From Candidatus Bathyarchaeia archaeon (GTDB lineage Archaea; Thermoproteota; Bathyarchaeia; Bathyarchaeales; Bathycorpusculaceae): a stretch of DNA of 64,000 bases. The stretch spans positions 22,510 through 86,509 of the forward strand of contig JBEKPM010000001.1 in the NCBI GenBank assembly GCA_049520735.1. Reading direction: 5' to 3'. Within the stretch, counting starts at the first letter, position 1. The number at the start of each line of letters is the position of its first letter. The notes beneath the pieces were generated by a model that saw nothing but the letters and a program-made list of their open reading frames with translations, ran no database searches and had not been told where the DNA came from. Shown here one piece after another: positions 10,978 to 20,474 of this stretch. The translations under genes were made by a program, and so were the position numbers.

Positions 10978-11465
10978 ATCTCCTCAACAACAGCTGCATG
11001 CTCCCACCGCCACACGGTTCTTCCACGCTTATATCGAGTACACTTCGTCAAGAAGAAACCGCACGAAAAACAAGCATCAGTGCGGTAAACCCTCATCCTC
11101 TTTCGGTGCGCGTGATCCAAATAAGAAAATTCAAGCCGTTTACCCCGGACACAGAAACGTGTCCGAACCCCTGTCATAAACAAATTTATCGCTGGAGAAT
11201 TCCCGCGTGGGAATACCCTCTTTTCGGTCTTCCTCTTCCATTTCGCTTATGTATCATGTTGAGGCTGCCTACGAAGGCGTCTATGAACCTGACCGGGTTT
11301 TCCTTGTCCACGTATCCTTCTAGCGTGTCTGGGAAGAGCGCTGTCTGGTTTCTGTTGAGGCCTTCTACGTGTTCGCTCATGGCTCATCAGTAGCTCTAAA
11401 GCTAGTCTAGATTTAAGGCTAACGGTCACCTGCCAACAACCGAGAAGACTTTTTCACACGGTCTC
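10978..11465 (-). mobile_element. IS1182-like remnant (left end, internally deleted), interrupted by the IS5-like element
   Basis: Terminal GAGACCGTGTGAAAAAGTC; fragments MSEHVEGLNRNQTALFPDTLEGYVDKENPVRFIDAFV and C..C...CTRYKRGRTVWRWEH. Confidence 0.8.
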
Positions 11466-11502
11466 TGTCCCGAAATTATGTGGAAATAGTCTGCCTTGAA
11501 AT

Positions 11503-11697
11503 TTATATGTCCTTAATCCTTTTCTTAACAGCTTCAGCATTGCTTCTAGTTAAACCGCCGGAATGATGCTGCTTCGAGTGAAGTACAGCATGGTCAATTA
11601 TATCATCGTCACAGAACGGCGTTATCACGCTCCATCCGCAGGTTGGGCAAATAAAGGACTTCATCTTCTTAGTCTGTTCAATTTTTTGATTTTCCAA
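11503..11697 (-). CDS. Small zinc-finger protein (DUF1059-like)
   Basis: CPTCG...H...H...H pattern. Confidence 0.65.
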   Translation of the reverse strand: MENQKIEQTKKMKSFICPTCGWSVITPFCDDDIIDHAVLHSKQHHSGGLTRSNAEAVKKRIKDI

Positions 11698-11936
11698 AAA
11701 TCCTCCTCCACGACATACTATTTTGAATTCAGAAGAATGAATACAAGTTGGCTCAAGTTTACTTAAAGCTTTCCAATTTAGAGAAGCGCAGCTCGTGAGT
11801 CTTTCAGCCTCTGCTTCTCAACAAAATAATAATTACAGTTATTACAAGTGCTGTGCGCTTTCAAGTATGTGGCAACGGTTGTACAATCACATATCTTTAA
11901 ATTGCAATTGCTTTTCCTAATAATTGGCATTAGTTT

Positions 11937-13040
11937 TTGAAAGAGATGAATGAAATGAATTGGAAAGTTTTAGCTGCTCTAACAATTATCATCGCATTTG
12001 CCGCTGCATTCTCAGCAACAGCCGTTAACGCATTTCCTTTTCCCAAAATAGTTGGCCAAGTCTACACTATTGACAACGCTATTGCAGGCAACAATGTCTT
12101 AGTCTTCAATCGCTGGTGGGATGGCTCACTTACGGGTCCAGCCACGTATTCAACAGGAGGCACGGGAACAGGTATCGCATTTCATAGCCAAGGCGCAGTT
12201 GCCCTAAGCGAAGACGAACAATGGCTAATAGTAGTAGATGCAGGAAGCAACCAGATCTCAGTGTTCCAAGTCAAATGGAACACCTTAACGTTGACCGACG
12301 TTGAAAGCTCACATGGGACAACTCCGATAAGCGTAACGATAAACGATAACCTGGTATACGTACTAAATAGCGGATCAGGCAACATAGCGGGCTTTTGGCT
12401 AAGCAGAACAGGAATGCTGAATTACATAGCTGGGTCAAATAAGGCTGTAATTGGTACATCTCCCGAGCAAATAGGATTCAACCCCGAAGGAAACGTTTTA
12501 GTAGTCACAGCGAAAGGCTCAAACCAAATCGACACCTATACAGTTCACGATGGACGAGCCAGCACTGCCATGACAACCGCCTCAGCGGGCAATGGACCAT
12601 ACGGATTCGCATTCAACGCCAAAGGCTACTTGATCGACAGTGAAGCAGCATCAGCATCGGCCTCCTCCTACGCTCTAAGAGAAAGTGGCAAACTGACAAC
12701 CACAAGCGGAGCGATTTCAAACGGACCATCAGGAACTCCCTGCTGGGTCGCCACAACCGAAAACGGAAGAATCGCCTACACAGGCAACGCAGGGGGTGGC
12801 ATCTCAATCTATTCGATCGCACATGACGGAATGCTCAGTCTATCCAGTTCAGTCGGTGCCAGTACAAGCGGAGCCGCACTTGATTTAGCATTGAGCGACA
12901 GAAGCGGATTCCTCTATGTTTTGAACGGAGGCTCTTCCACAAATATCGTAGGTTTCGAAGTCGACCGAGACGGCAGCCTCTCTCAAGTGACATCGACAAG
13001 CACTTTTGCAGGATCAGCAGCCGGCTTAGCAGCCACATAG
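11937..13040 (+). CDS. Secreted lactonase-family 7-bladed beta-propeller
   Basis: Signal peptide, VDAGSNQISVF, PISVT..LVYVLN, PCWV repeats. Confidence 0.85.
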   Translation: MKEMNEMNWKVLAALTIIIAFAAAFSATAVNAFPFPKIVGQVYTIDNAIAGNNVLVFNRWWDGSLTGPATYSTGGTGTGIAFHSQGAVALSEDEQWLIVVDAGSNQISVFQVKWNTLTLTDVESSHGTTPISVTINDNLVYVLNSGSGNIAGFWLSRTGMLNYIAGSNKAVIGTSPEQIGFNPEGNVLVVTAKGSNQIDTYTVHDGRASTAMTTASAGNGPYGFAFNAKGYLIDSEAASASASSYALRESGKLTTTSGAISNGPSGTPCWVATTENGRIAYTGNAGGGISIYSIAHDGMLSLSSSVGASTSGAALDLALSDRSGFLYVLNGGSSTNIVGFEVDRDGSLSQVTSTSTFAGSAAGLAAT

Positions 13041-13111
13041 AATAGAAAGTACAAAAGCCAAACCGATATCTCTCCCTTTTTTATTTTCCTTTAAAAAACT
13101 ATTTCAGCGCG

Positions 13112-13300
13112 CTTGTCCCGATATTATGTGTTGAAGTATGTGTAAGACTGGTTGCCGCTTGCCGTGAAAGCCACCCATACATTCAGGGAAGCAAATGCAA
13201 ACGTGCATCCGTACCTTAGCCGCCCTTCTCCAACGCAAGTTCTCCATTATGGCTTTCTTTAAGGGCAGAAAGACATTCTTCAGCGTCAGGATCAAACGTA
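13112..13300 (-). mobile_element. Right-end remnant of a related IS5-like element
   Basis: CTTGTCCCGATATTA TIR identical to the right end at 10963-10977, preceded by ...TYFNT* coding sequence. Confidence 0.75.
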
Positions 13301-13318
13301 ACCACAGAGCTCACCTAA

Positions 13319-14165
13319 TCAACTTAGTTTCCTCGAAATGTCTGCACGCAAAAAGTAAGCTGCTGCGATGGCTATCGCTACGAGCGTGTAAGTGAGTAGG
13401 ATTTCAATCGAAAGTCCAATCGTGGGTACAACCGCACTAAAACTGATGAAACGAAGAGACTGAGACAAGATCGAGGGAAGCCTCGGGAGCGCGTACTGAA
13501 TCGGAAGCGAACTCGCAGGAGCAGTCGGAAGATAAATCTGAACGGTCTTGTAGATTGACTTATCCGTGAGGGTATAAATCAAACCCAAGAAATCGCTCAT
13601 GATTAAACTTGAGAAGAAAACGGCTGAAGAGAAGATGTATGCGAGCGAAGAACGTCTGATTAGCTCCCCAAGCATGAACGCAAGAGAAAAGAAAACTAGA
13701 GATGAGAAGGCTTGAGCTAAAAAGAGCCTAGGAATTATGCCCAAGCTGTTTTGGGAGCCGAAAAAAGTAAATGCAGAGGCTACGGATAGAAAAACATCTA
13801 AGGCAAGTATCATAAGGAAGAGAATGTACCCGCCCAGAAACTTGCCTATGAAATAGTCGCTTCGCCTCACAGGCTTTGAGAGGAGAAGCTCCGCCGTCCC
13901 CTGCTCGTACTCTTCAGACATCGCTCCAGCCGCAATAAGGATTGCCGTGAAGTTCAAAAAGAGCGGCCCAGCGACGAATACACCCGCGACCCAAATGTAA
14001 GGGTAAACAGAACTTGGAATTAGAGTAGTCCCCGCCGTGACAAGGCGTAGTAAGGAACTACGCCGAGAAGTATAGTGAAAGCGACCAGCGCTAAAACCTT
14101 CTTTCGCGCTATCGCCCGCCTAATCTCGTACTGCGCGAACGTGTAGATTACTTCAGCACGACTCA
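13319..14165 (-). pseudogene. ABC-2 permease paralog of 6434-7282 with a 1-nt deletion near 14037
   Basis: MSRAEVIYTFAQYEIRRAIARKKVLALVAF...YYALS shifts out of frame (TCA CG GCG GGG); the downstream part is intact to ADISRKLS. Confidence 0.85.
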
Positions 14166-14478
14166 ATGCTTACCACCATCCTTTCCCCGGAGCGCCTCAA
14201 TGTACGCTCGCTCAAGCATGTTCTCCCCTTGCTTGATCGAGTAGAGCCTGGCGCCGGACTTCACGACCAGATCTGAGATCAAAGGCCTGATATCCTCATT
14301 TTGTCCCCGGACCGTAATTTCAATGACATTTAAATCCTCACTACTTTTTCTGCCAACAGGATTAATCTCAAAAACCCCAGGAATCTCTTTCAATCGTTGA
14401 ACCGTCGCAGGATTAAGAGGACTAGTTTCTAAGAGGACAAGAGAGTAGTTTAGCACTTTCCGAATTACTTCGTCCACT
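14163..14478 (-). pseudogene. C-terminal fragment of ABC ATPase paralog, truncated by IS
   Basis: VDEVIRKVLNYSLVLLETSPL...KQGENMLERAYIEAL matches the C-terminus of 5448-6437. Confidence 0.85.
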
Positions 14479-14840
14479 GGGCGGACGTTGTGGCGTTGGG
14501 AGCATGCTGAGGTGCTGGATGAGCTGAGGGAGAGGATGCTTCGTGAGCCTGAGAAGATAGCTTTAAGGAAGGAGCTTGTGGAGCATCCGTTTGGGACTAT
14601 GAAGCGAGCATTCAATCAAGGTTATCTTCTGCTCAAGGGACTTAGGAAAGTGAGCGGAGAAGTGGGCTACACTATGCTGGCTTACAATATGAGGCGGGTT
14701 CTGAACATTCTTGGACCCGGGTTCATGCGGGTTTTCTGGTGAAGTCGGGGAAGAATGGCAGTAGAAAGGTAGAGAAACAGGGTTTTAGCAACCTTGAAGC
14801 CTTGACGCGCAAAGTAAACAATGAATTTTCACACGGTCTC
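14479..14840 (+). mobile_element. IS1182-like remnant (right end)
   Basis: RKELVEHPFGTMKR...GLRKVSGE...LAYNMRR and terminal TTTTCACACGGTCTC. Confidence 0.85.
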
Positions 14841-14862
14841 AACGCACTGGCGCGCTTCGCAG

Positions 14863-15732
14863 CTATATTTTCCTAATCCTTGTTTCGGAGACTCCAGAAT
14901 TTGGACTGCTTGGTTTTGATCTTTTATAGATTCTATAAATTGCGGCAACTATCAATATACCTACAATAGAAACAACTATGGCTTCAGCAACTGACACAAT
15001 ATCCCCGAGTTGAATCAAGTTGCTGGGACCACCAGACACTGTCGCGTTGTTGGGGTATCCACGGCTTTCCCAGTATCCGAGGTAGCTTGAATCGTTTGAC
15101 ACATCGATTTCTGTTACCCATTTTATCCATTTGTATCCATATTGGTTTTGAGCCACGAGCGCGAAGGGGAATCCAGCAGCAGCGGGAAGAGTGACGTTGT
15201 TCAATTTATAGGCTAATATTAAGTTGTTTTGCACGATGTAGTTCAATGGAAGCTCGGTTGAGTAGCCGTCTGAGGCGTAGAAGATGACTGTTGTGGCGTT
15301 TGGGCTGGCTCCTGCATCTTGGAGCAGAGCATTCACAAGGACGCCCTGCCATAACACGGTGACGCTCCAGCCTTCCACGCACAAAAGCGTTGCTACTTTC
15401 TGGTTTGATGTGAAGTTATTCACCACATCGTCGTACGTATACTCCAAGGTGTTGTTTACGAGACCAGTGACGGTTAGCTTGTAAGTTGTCTGGTTTAAGT
15501 ACTGCGTTCCATCAATGGCAACATCAGGATGTTGGTCGATGTCTTCGATGAAAGCGCTGATTGGTGTTAGGCTTTGATTCTGATATTGGGAAACTTCTCC
15601 TGGGTAGAGGGAAGATGTGGGTGTCGGAGAAGGTTTAGAAAAGTTCTGAACAATGAACAGTGACAAGGTTAGTATAACGACTAACAGCACTGCGATTAGA
15701 ACTATTCTTTTATATCGTTTAAGAACTTGCAT
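14863..15732 (-). CDS. Membrane-anchored molybdopterin-dependent oxidoreductase (sulfite oxidase/MsrP/YuiH-like)
   Basis: LTVTGLV, LLCVEGWS, DGYSTELP, GFPFALV, YGYKWIKWV, GYWESRGY motifs. Confidence 0.9.
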   Translation of the reverse strand: MQVLKRYKRIVLIAVLLVVILTLSLFIVQNFSKPSPTPTSSLYPGEVSQYQNQSLTPISAFIEDIDQHPDVAIDGTQYLNQTTYKLTVTGLVNNTLEYTYDDVVNNFTSNQKVATLLCVEGWSVTVLWQGVLVNALLQDAGASPNATTVIFYASDGYSTELPLNYIVQNNLILAYKLNNVTLPAAAGFPFALVAQNQYGYKWIKWVTEIDVSNDSSYLGYWESRGYPNNATVSGGPSNLIQLGDIVSVAEAIVVSIVGILIVAAIYRIYKRSKPSSPNSGVSETRIRKI

Positions 15733-15794
15733 TTACATTAATATGATGATTTTTAGCGTATTTATTTGTAGCGTACATGGTTGTTCAATAATGG

Positions 15795-16160
15795 TCAGAA
15801 AGGTAATAATGCGCTTCTTGGCATTCCCAACCAATCCCCTGATTTTAAAATCATAAAGATCTGGACTCCCGTTTGTCCACTCTCACGCCTGGGCGTTTCG
15901 CTTTCAAAAACTGTTATTTTTGGGTATATAATTGAACCTTTTTGTTCTTTCAGTTTTACAATTCCATTAAAGAATTGAGGATCTTCATTTTTTGCTGGCA
16001 GCAGTTCCCGCTTTCGAGAATTTATACGCTTTTTCTCATTTGCTGATATGAGGTCTCGCTTTTGTGGATTCGAATGCTTATTCTTTTTCCTCTTGTTTTT
16101 TGAAGGCTTCAACCCCATCTTTCTTTGCCAAGAAGTAAAGCTCAAACGCTTATTACTCAT
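15795..16160 (-). CDS. Hypothetical basic protein (may be a fragment)
   Basis: 121-aa ORF, no recognised motif. Confidence 0.35.
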   Translation of the reverse strand: MSNKRLSFTSWQRKMGLKPSKNKRKKNKHSNPQKRDLISANEKKRINSRKRELLPAKNEDPQFFNGIVKLKEQKGSIIYPKITVFESETPRRESGQTGVQIFMILKSGDWLGMPRSALLPF

Positions 16161-16378
16161 TCAAATCAGTCCAAAATTTTTTCAGAACCCTATCTACATC
16201 TAATCCAAATTCCTCTTATCTAATTAAACTTTCATAGAAACTCGAACGACGCCGACGTCAGCAACATTTTGCGAAACTGGGTTTTGAATCCCCGCCAGAG
16301 TGGAGATATCACCCGAACACTTTTGAACAATTTGATGTACTATCTTGCTGTATCCTCTATTGGCAGAGCGCGCGAGTG

Positions 16379-16534
16379 AGGCAACGAACAGGACAAGCCT
16401 AAAGTTTCAAACACTCCTTTCTCGTCTTCCCCTGCGATTATACTATTGTCTTTGATTAGGCCTTCGCTGTACTTGATCCTCAGCCCTTTTGAAATGGCGT
16501 AGCCTGCAAGCCACATATTATGTTCCGTTGAGCC
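16379..16534 (-). pseudogene. C-terminal fragment of polX
   Basis: Reverse complement encodes GSTEHNMWLAGYAISKGLRIKYSEGLIKDNSIIAGEDEKGVFETLGLSCSLP, matching 48833-48990. Confidence 0.9.
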
Positions 16535-16538
16535 AATT

Positions 16539-17075
16539 CTAACAAGCAGGTGAATGTTTATTTTTGACTTTAATTCCTGCCGTGTAGACCGTTCCGCAAT
16601 AATTACATTTTATTGGTTGAGAAGGGTCAAGAATTGTAAGGTTCGCTCCGCATTGTGAACATTTTAAGGGCATAATCTCTGTGCTTCTCATAGCCAAGAA
16701 CCTTTCAATGATTTCTTGTGTTGAATATGATAATTTCAGACCTGAGCCTTCCTTGAAAAATGCTATTTGTTTGATTTCTCTTTGAGGAGTGGGAGTACCC
16801 TGCGCCTTGATTAAGAAGACCTTGTGGTAATCTCGAAAAGACCCTCTGCCCTTGATGTCTTTGTGAAGTCTGCCTTTGTAGGAAAATAAATACTTTGAGT
16901 CTAAAGGCTTTAACCCTGTTTCTTCTTGCAATTCTCTCATGGCAGCTTTTCTTCGAGTTTCACCTTTGTTTGCACCACCACCTGCAAGTATAAAAGATTC
17001 ACTGCCTTGACTGACAACTAAAATACCTTCAGGAAACTCCACAATCGCAGTTCCTCTTCTTCGATTGTAAACCAT
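16539..17075 (-). CDS. NUDIX hydrolase with C-terminal zinc ribbon
   Basis: GG...GET...AAMRELQEETGL Nudix box; CSQC...CNYC. Confidence 0.9.
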   Translation of the reverse strand: MVYNRRRGTAIVEFPEGILVVSQGSESFILAGGGANKGETRRKAAMRELQEETGLKPLDSKYLFSYKGRLHKDIKGRGSFRDYHKVFLIKAQGTPTPQREIKQIAFFKEGSGLKLSYSTQEIIERFLAMRSTEIMPLKCSQCGANLTILDPSQPIKCNYCGTVYTAGIKVKNKHSPAC

Positions 17076-17137
17076 TGATGTTTCCTCTTTGGCTCTATTC
17101 TTTGCTGTGAAGATTTAACACTTGTGTTGTCATCAAT

Positions 17138-17383
17138 TCAGGCAGGTATTTTCCAATATTCTAATTCACTTTCAAGACGGTCTCTACTGCGCGCGCTAAA
17201 GAAAAAGAACAAGAAAACTATTGAAATCACAACTAGAAATAAACCTAAAACTAAGAGTGGAAAAGAATACAATGAACCTGTAGGCAAATAGACTTGCGAA
17301 ACCGCTAGTGACAAGATGCCTGAGACACCAAACGGAAGAGCCATTAAGCCATAGGTGCGAGAATTAAGCCATTTAGTAGACAC
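17138..17383 (-). CDS. Small 2-TM membrane protein
   Basis: Two hydrophobic segments. Confidence 0.55.
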   Translation of the reverse strand: MSTKWLNSRTYGLMALPFGVSGILSLAVSQVYLPTGSLYSFPLLVLGLFLVVISIVFLFFFFSARSRDRLESELEYWKIPA

Positions 17384-17392
17384 TTATCTTTA

Positions 17393-17497
17393 CTAAATTG
17401 GATTTGGGATTGGATTTGGCTGAGGGTTAGGGGTTGGTTTAGGGTTAGGGGGTTCTTCTCCAATTGTGACGCCTATCGATTTTTTCATGATTTTCAT
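17393..17497 (-). CDS. Possible 34-aa Pro/Asn-rich peptide
   Basis: MKIMKKSIGVTIGEEPPNPKPTPNPQPNPIPNPI*; ends about 10 nt before the next start. Confidence 0.35.
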   Translation of the reverse strand: MKIMKKSIGVTIGEEPPNPKPTPNPQPNPIPNPI

Positions 17498-17880
17498 CTT
17501 GTTATACACTTCTTTTATTGTTTACCATGATAGAATATGTTTCAAAAGGAATATGTATTTTGGTCCGCGTGTCTTCAGGGTTCTTGTTTTCTTCGTTCTC
17601 GATAAGTAGTTGCTTCAGGGGTTTTTATTTTCTTTCCAAAAATTGGTTGCGCCAAAGTCCCCTAATTCCATCCGACCAGAAGTCCGAGCTAACTCCTAAT
17701 TTGCAGAAAAGATGACAAGCGTAGGATGTAGTATCCAAACTCCCAGCATATTCTCCGTGGTGGTGGCTTCGAAACCCTAAAGCCCTGGAGGTATCACCTG
17801 CAAAATCCTTTTTTGGAAGACGCAGTTTTTGAATATTTTTAAATACTTTTAATATTAATTATTTTTAGGGACGTCTGCTT

Positions 17881-18054
17881 TTGGTTACAGAAAAGAAGAT
17901 TGGAGATAAAACAGTTTTCCTCTGCGACATTTGCGGCCTTGGATACTCAGACCAGAAGACCGCTCAAGACTGCGAGGACTACTGCAAAGCTCACCCCGGC
18001 TCTTGCAGCGTGGAGATATCCGCGAAAGCCGTCTATCTTCCAGAGAAAAAATAG
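17881..18054 (+). CDS. 57-aa Cys-rich zinc-finger protein (missed by ORF track)
   Basis: MVTEKKIGDKTVFLCDICGLGYSDQKTAQDCEDYCKAHPGSCSVEISAKAVYLPEKK*, with an AT-rich promoter-like region upstream. Confidence 0.75.
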   Translation: MVTEKKIGDKTVFLCDICGLGYSDQKTAQDCEDYCKAHPGSCSVEISAKAVYLPEKK

Positions 18055-18555
18055 CCATTTTGGATCGCGCTAAAGGTGCAAAGTCTGACCTATTAGCTCC
18101 TGCAGTTTCTTCAGGTCATATGTGTTAAACCTTTTTTCAGCTTCAAAGACGTAGCTAGAATTCCATAAGCCCGAGCTACGAACTTTTTCAGCATAGGATG
18201 CCCTGATTCAACTAATATTTCTTTAAAAGCGCGGCGCTCTGCCTTGTCCCTCTAATATGTGATTTGGTTGTTATCTTGAATGGCCCACGGTTCTTTATAG
18301 TTAGTTAGTAGGTCAGTTACCTTCTTTCTTCACTTAGTCTTGCTGCATATCAGCTGTTTTGAGAAGAGAGAACTAATCTTTTTTCAAGGATTAAGGTAGT
18401 AAGGAAAGCGGGTTGGAAGGCTTCATCGACAAAATATACCGAATAACAAAAGAAGGGGAACTAACCTGCCAACTGTTTCCCACACGTCTCCGTTGAGACG
18501 GCGTATCTGCACTGTTATTATCTCTGCCTTTAGATCAGACTTTCCCGCCCAAACA

Positions 18556-19443
18556 CTATTGGAGGGTTATGGTTTGCGCAGACAGCACAAACACCCAGTA
18601 TCCGCTGCTGTCCTGGATTGTGGTTGCCGCCTGGTAGCTTGTGCCCGCCCACGTTTCAAGCTGATAATATCCGCTGAATACTGAGGAAGCGGACACAGTT
18701 TGCCCGTATACGCTGCCAACCATGTTCCAGCCGGCGTTCAGGTTCACTGTGCACGTGGTCTGCGGGGTGCCTGTCAAAGTCAGCGTTTGGCTTGACGGCA
18801 CAAATATCAAGTAGGATTGCCCAGCTGTGACTGTTGTCGGCGTCGTGTAGCTGGATCCGTTCCAAGTCACGGCTTCAGCCCCTGAGATGCCGCTGAGAAC
18901 ACTGCTTAAGTTCGGGTTTGCAGGAACCGCTGAAAACGACACTTGGTTCCAGCCAGCATTTAATTGTATGCCTGAGATTCCAAGTCCAATGTTGAAACTG
19001 AAGTAAACAATGCTTGAGTCTATGCCGGACCCAATAACCAGGGATAACTGCGCTGGTATGATGCTTCCAGGGCTCAACTGTACGCCGGTGCAGTTTAACG
19101 TTAATGTGAAGTCCTGTGAGTAATCGCCTGATAAAACGTTGTCTGACGCGTCTTCATAAACGAAGTCGGATGCTGTGGGCGACTCTAACAGGAAAGAAGA
19201 GGATCCAGTGTTCTTCAAGTAAAATGTGGCTGTGCTTGCTACTCCTAAAGTGACGGTTCCCCAATTTACTGTTGTAAGCGGTGACTGGGCTTCTGAATCT
19301 GAATAAACTGCTAAAGACGGGGTGGCGGCTTTGACAGTTGAATAGCAGTTTGGGAATCCTTTTTCGCTGCGGAAAACCCAGAAGACTGTGGCCGTAACCA
19401 AAATGACGAGGGCAATAGTGGCTATTTTCTTCTTCAATTTCAA
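18556..19443 (-). CDS. Secreted surface protein with two L.AGWN.(V/I) repeats
   Basis: N-terminal TM, Ig-like VNWGT...YLKNTG domain, LNAGWNQVS and LNAGWNMVG repeats. Confidence 0.8.
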   Translation of the reverse strand: MKLKKKIATIALVILVTATVFWVFRSEKGFPNCYSTVKAATPSLAVYSDSEAQSPLTTVNWGTVTLGVASTATFYLKNTGSSSFLLESPTASDFVYEDASDNVLSGDYSQDFTLTLNCTGVQLSPGSIIPAQLSLVIGSGIDSSIVYFSFNIGLGISGIQLNAGWNQVSFSAVPANPNLSSVLSGISGAEAVTWNGSSYTTPTTVTAGQSYLIFVPSSQTLTLTGTPQTTCTVNLNAGWNMVGSVYGQTVSASSVFSGYYQLETWAGTSYQAATTIQDSSGYWVFVLSAQTITLQ

Positions 19444-19613
19444 TTAACTCCCTCTTCCTTGTCCTTGTCCTGGTCCGGCAGAGCTATGAGTTGTGATTCA
19501 GTTATTTTTACGGGTTGGGGGTTCCACCCGGCGAAACATTTCTCGATGTCGTCAAGGCGTTGGCGTATGTTCATCATTTCTTTAGATATGTTTTCAAGAA
19601 CTGATCGCCGCAT
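19440..19613 (-). CDS. 57-aa coiled-coil ORF, possibly a truncated regulator
   Basis: MRRSVLENISKEMMNIRQRLDDIEKCFAGWNPQPVKITESQLIALPDQDKDKEEGVN*; overlaps both neighbours (TAATG and TTGA). Confidence 0.55.
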   Translation of the reverse strand: MRRSVLENISKEMMNIRQRLDDIEKCFAGWNPQPVKITESQLIALPDQDKDKEEGVN

Positions 19614-20434
19614 TATTTTCTCCTTCTAAGAATCACCGCTACCGCAAGCAGCACAGCAGCCACAGCCATAACGAACACTGCTATTTTGACGGATACATCC
19701 ACTATGCTTGAACCGCCGACGCTGAAAGACCCGATGCTGAAAGACGGAAGCTTCCAGCCGTACCAGAACATCCACCATGGATGGCTGGGTGTCGATGAAG
19801 TGGGCTGTAGTGTCGAGGTGGGTGTGGGTGATGGGCTGCTGGAGAACCCGCTTCCGCTTGAGCCTCCGCTGCCGCCTTCTGACCCTGATCCTTCAGCCGC
19901 CGTCGGTGAAGGGCTGGTCGACGTCTCCGACGCGTCTACCGTGAAGCTGTATAATGTGCCTGTGTTCGCAGTGAAAGTGTGAGTGCCCTGAGTCAACATG
20001 TTGATTTGGCTGCCTCCGCTAGGGGTTAGAGTCAATGTGGATGCTGGCACGCTTGTGCTCCAGCTCAGAGTCAGCGATCCTGACTGCCCCACGTTTTCAA
20101 CGTATAAGGTCCAGAGCCAGGTTGTTCCCGAATCCGGTTGGATGTCCTGGCTGAGGCCCTGCAGGTTAACTGGGCTGCTGGGGTTTCCGCTTTCGTACAG
20201 GTAACTGTAGACGCCCTGCGGCGGCGCAGGAGGGACAACTAAGTCGTTGGATTCGTCAAAACCAGAAATCGCCGTGCTGCTTATGCCGAAGGTTGTGGTG
20301 CTGCTGTATCCGCTGCTGGAGGCGGTGACTGTTAAGTTCCAGTCTGTTGTTGCATGTGTTAAAGGCGCATAAATCAAAGTTGCTGAAAGAATAATTAATG
20401 CTGCTAACGCAAGTTTTTTGCTGTTCAAATCCAC
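19613..20434 (-). CDS. Secreted, C-terminally anchored S/T/G-rich surface protein
   Basis: Signal peptide, SGG/PT linker, C-terminal TM plus RRRK. Confidence 0.8.
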   Translation of the reverse strand: MDLNSKKLALAALIILSATLIYAPLTHATTDWNLTVTASSSGYSSTTTFGISSTAISGFDESNDLVVPPAPPQGVYSYLYESGNPSSPVNLQGLSQDIQPDSGTTWLWTLYVENVGQSGSLTLSWSTSVPASTLTLTPSGGSQINMLTQGTHTFTANTGTLYSFTVDASETSTSPSPTAAEGSGSEGGSGGSSGSGFSSSPSPTPTSTLQPTSSTPSHPWWMFWYGWKLPSFSIGSFSVGGSSIVDVSVKIAVFVMAVAAVLLAVAVILRRRK

Positions 20435-20474
20435 GTTTCCTCTAAAAGAAAAAAGAAAGGAAATCTGGAATCTG

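Noticed and set aside
10978-14840. The two IS1182-like halves as one element split by an inversion
   Set aside because: They overlap in the WRWEH region and differ in sequence there, so they are separate copies
17400-17455. Telomere-like TTAGGG repeats
   Set aside because: Only two imperfect units, internal, and explained by Pro-Asn codons on the other strand
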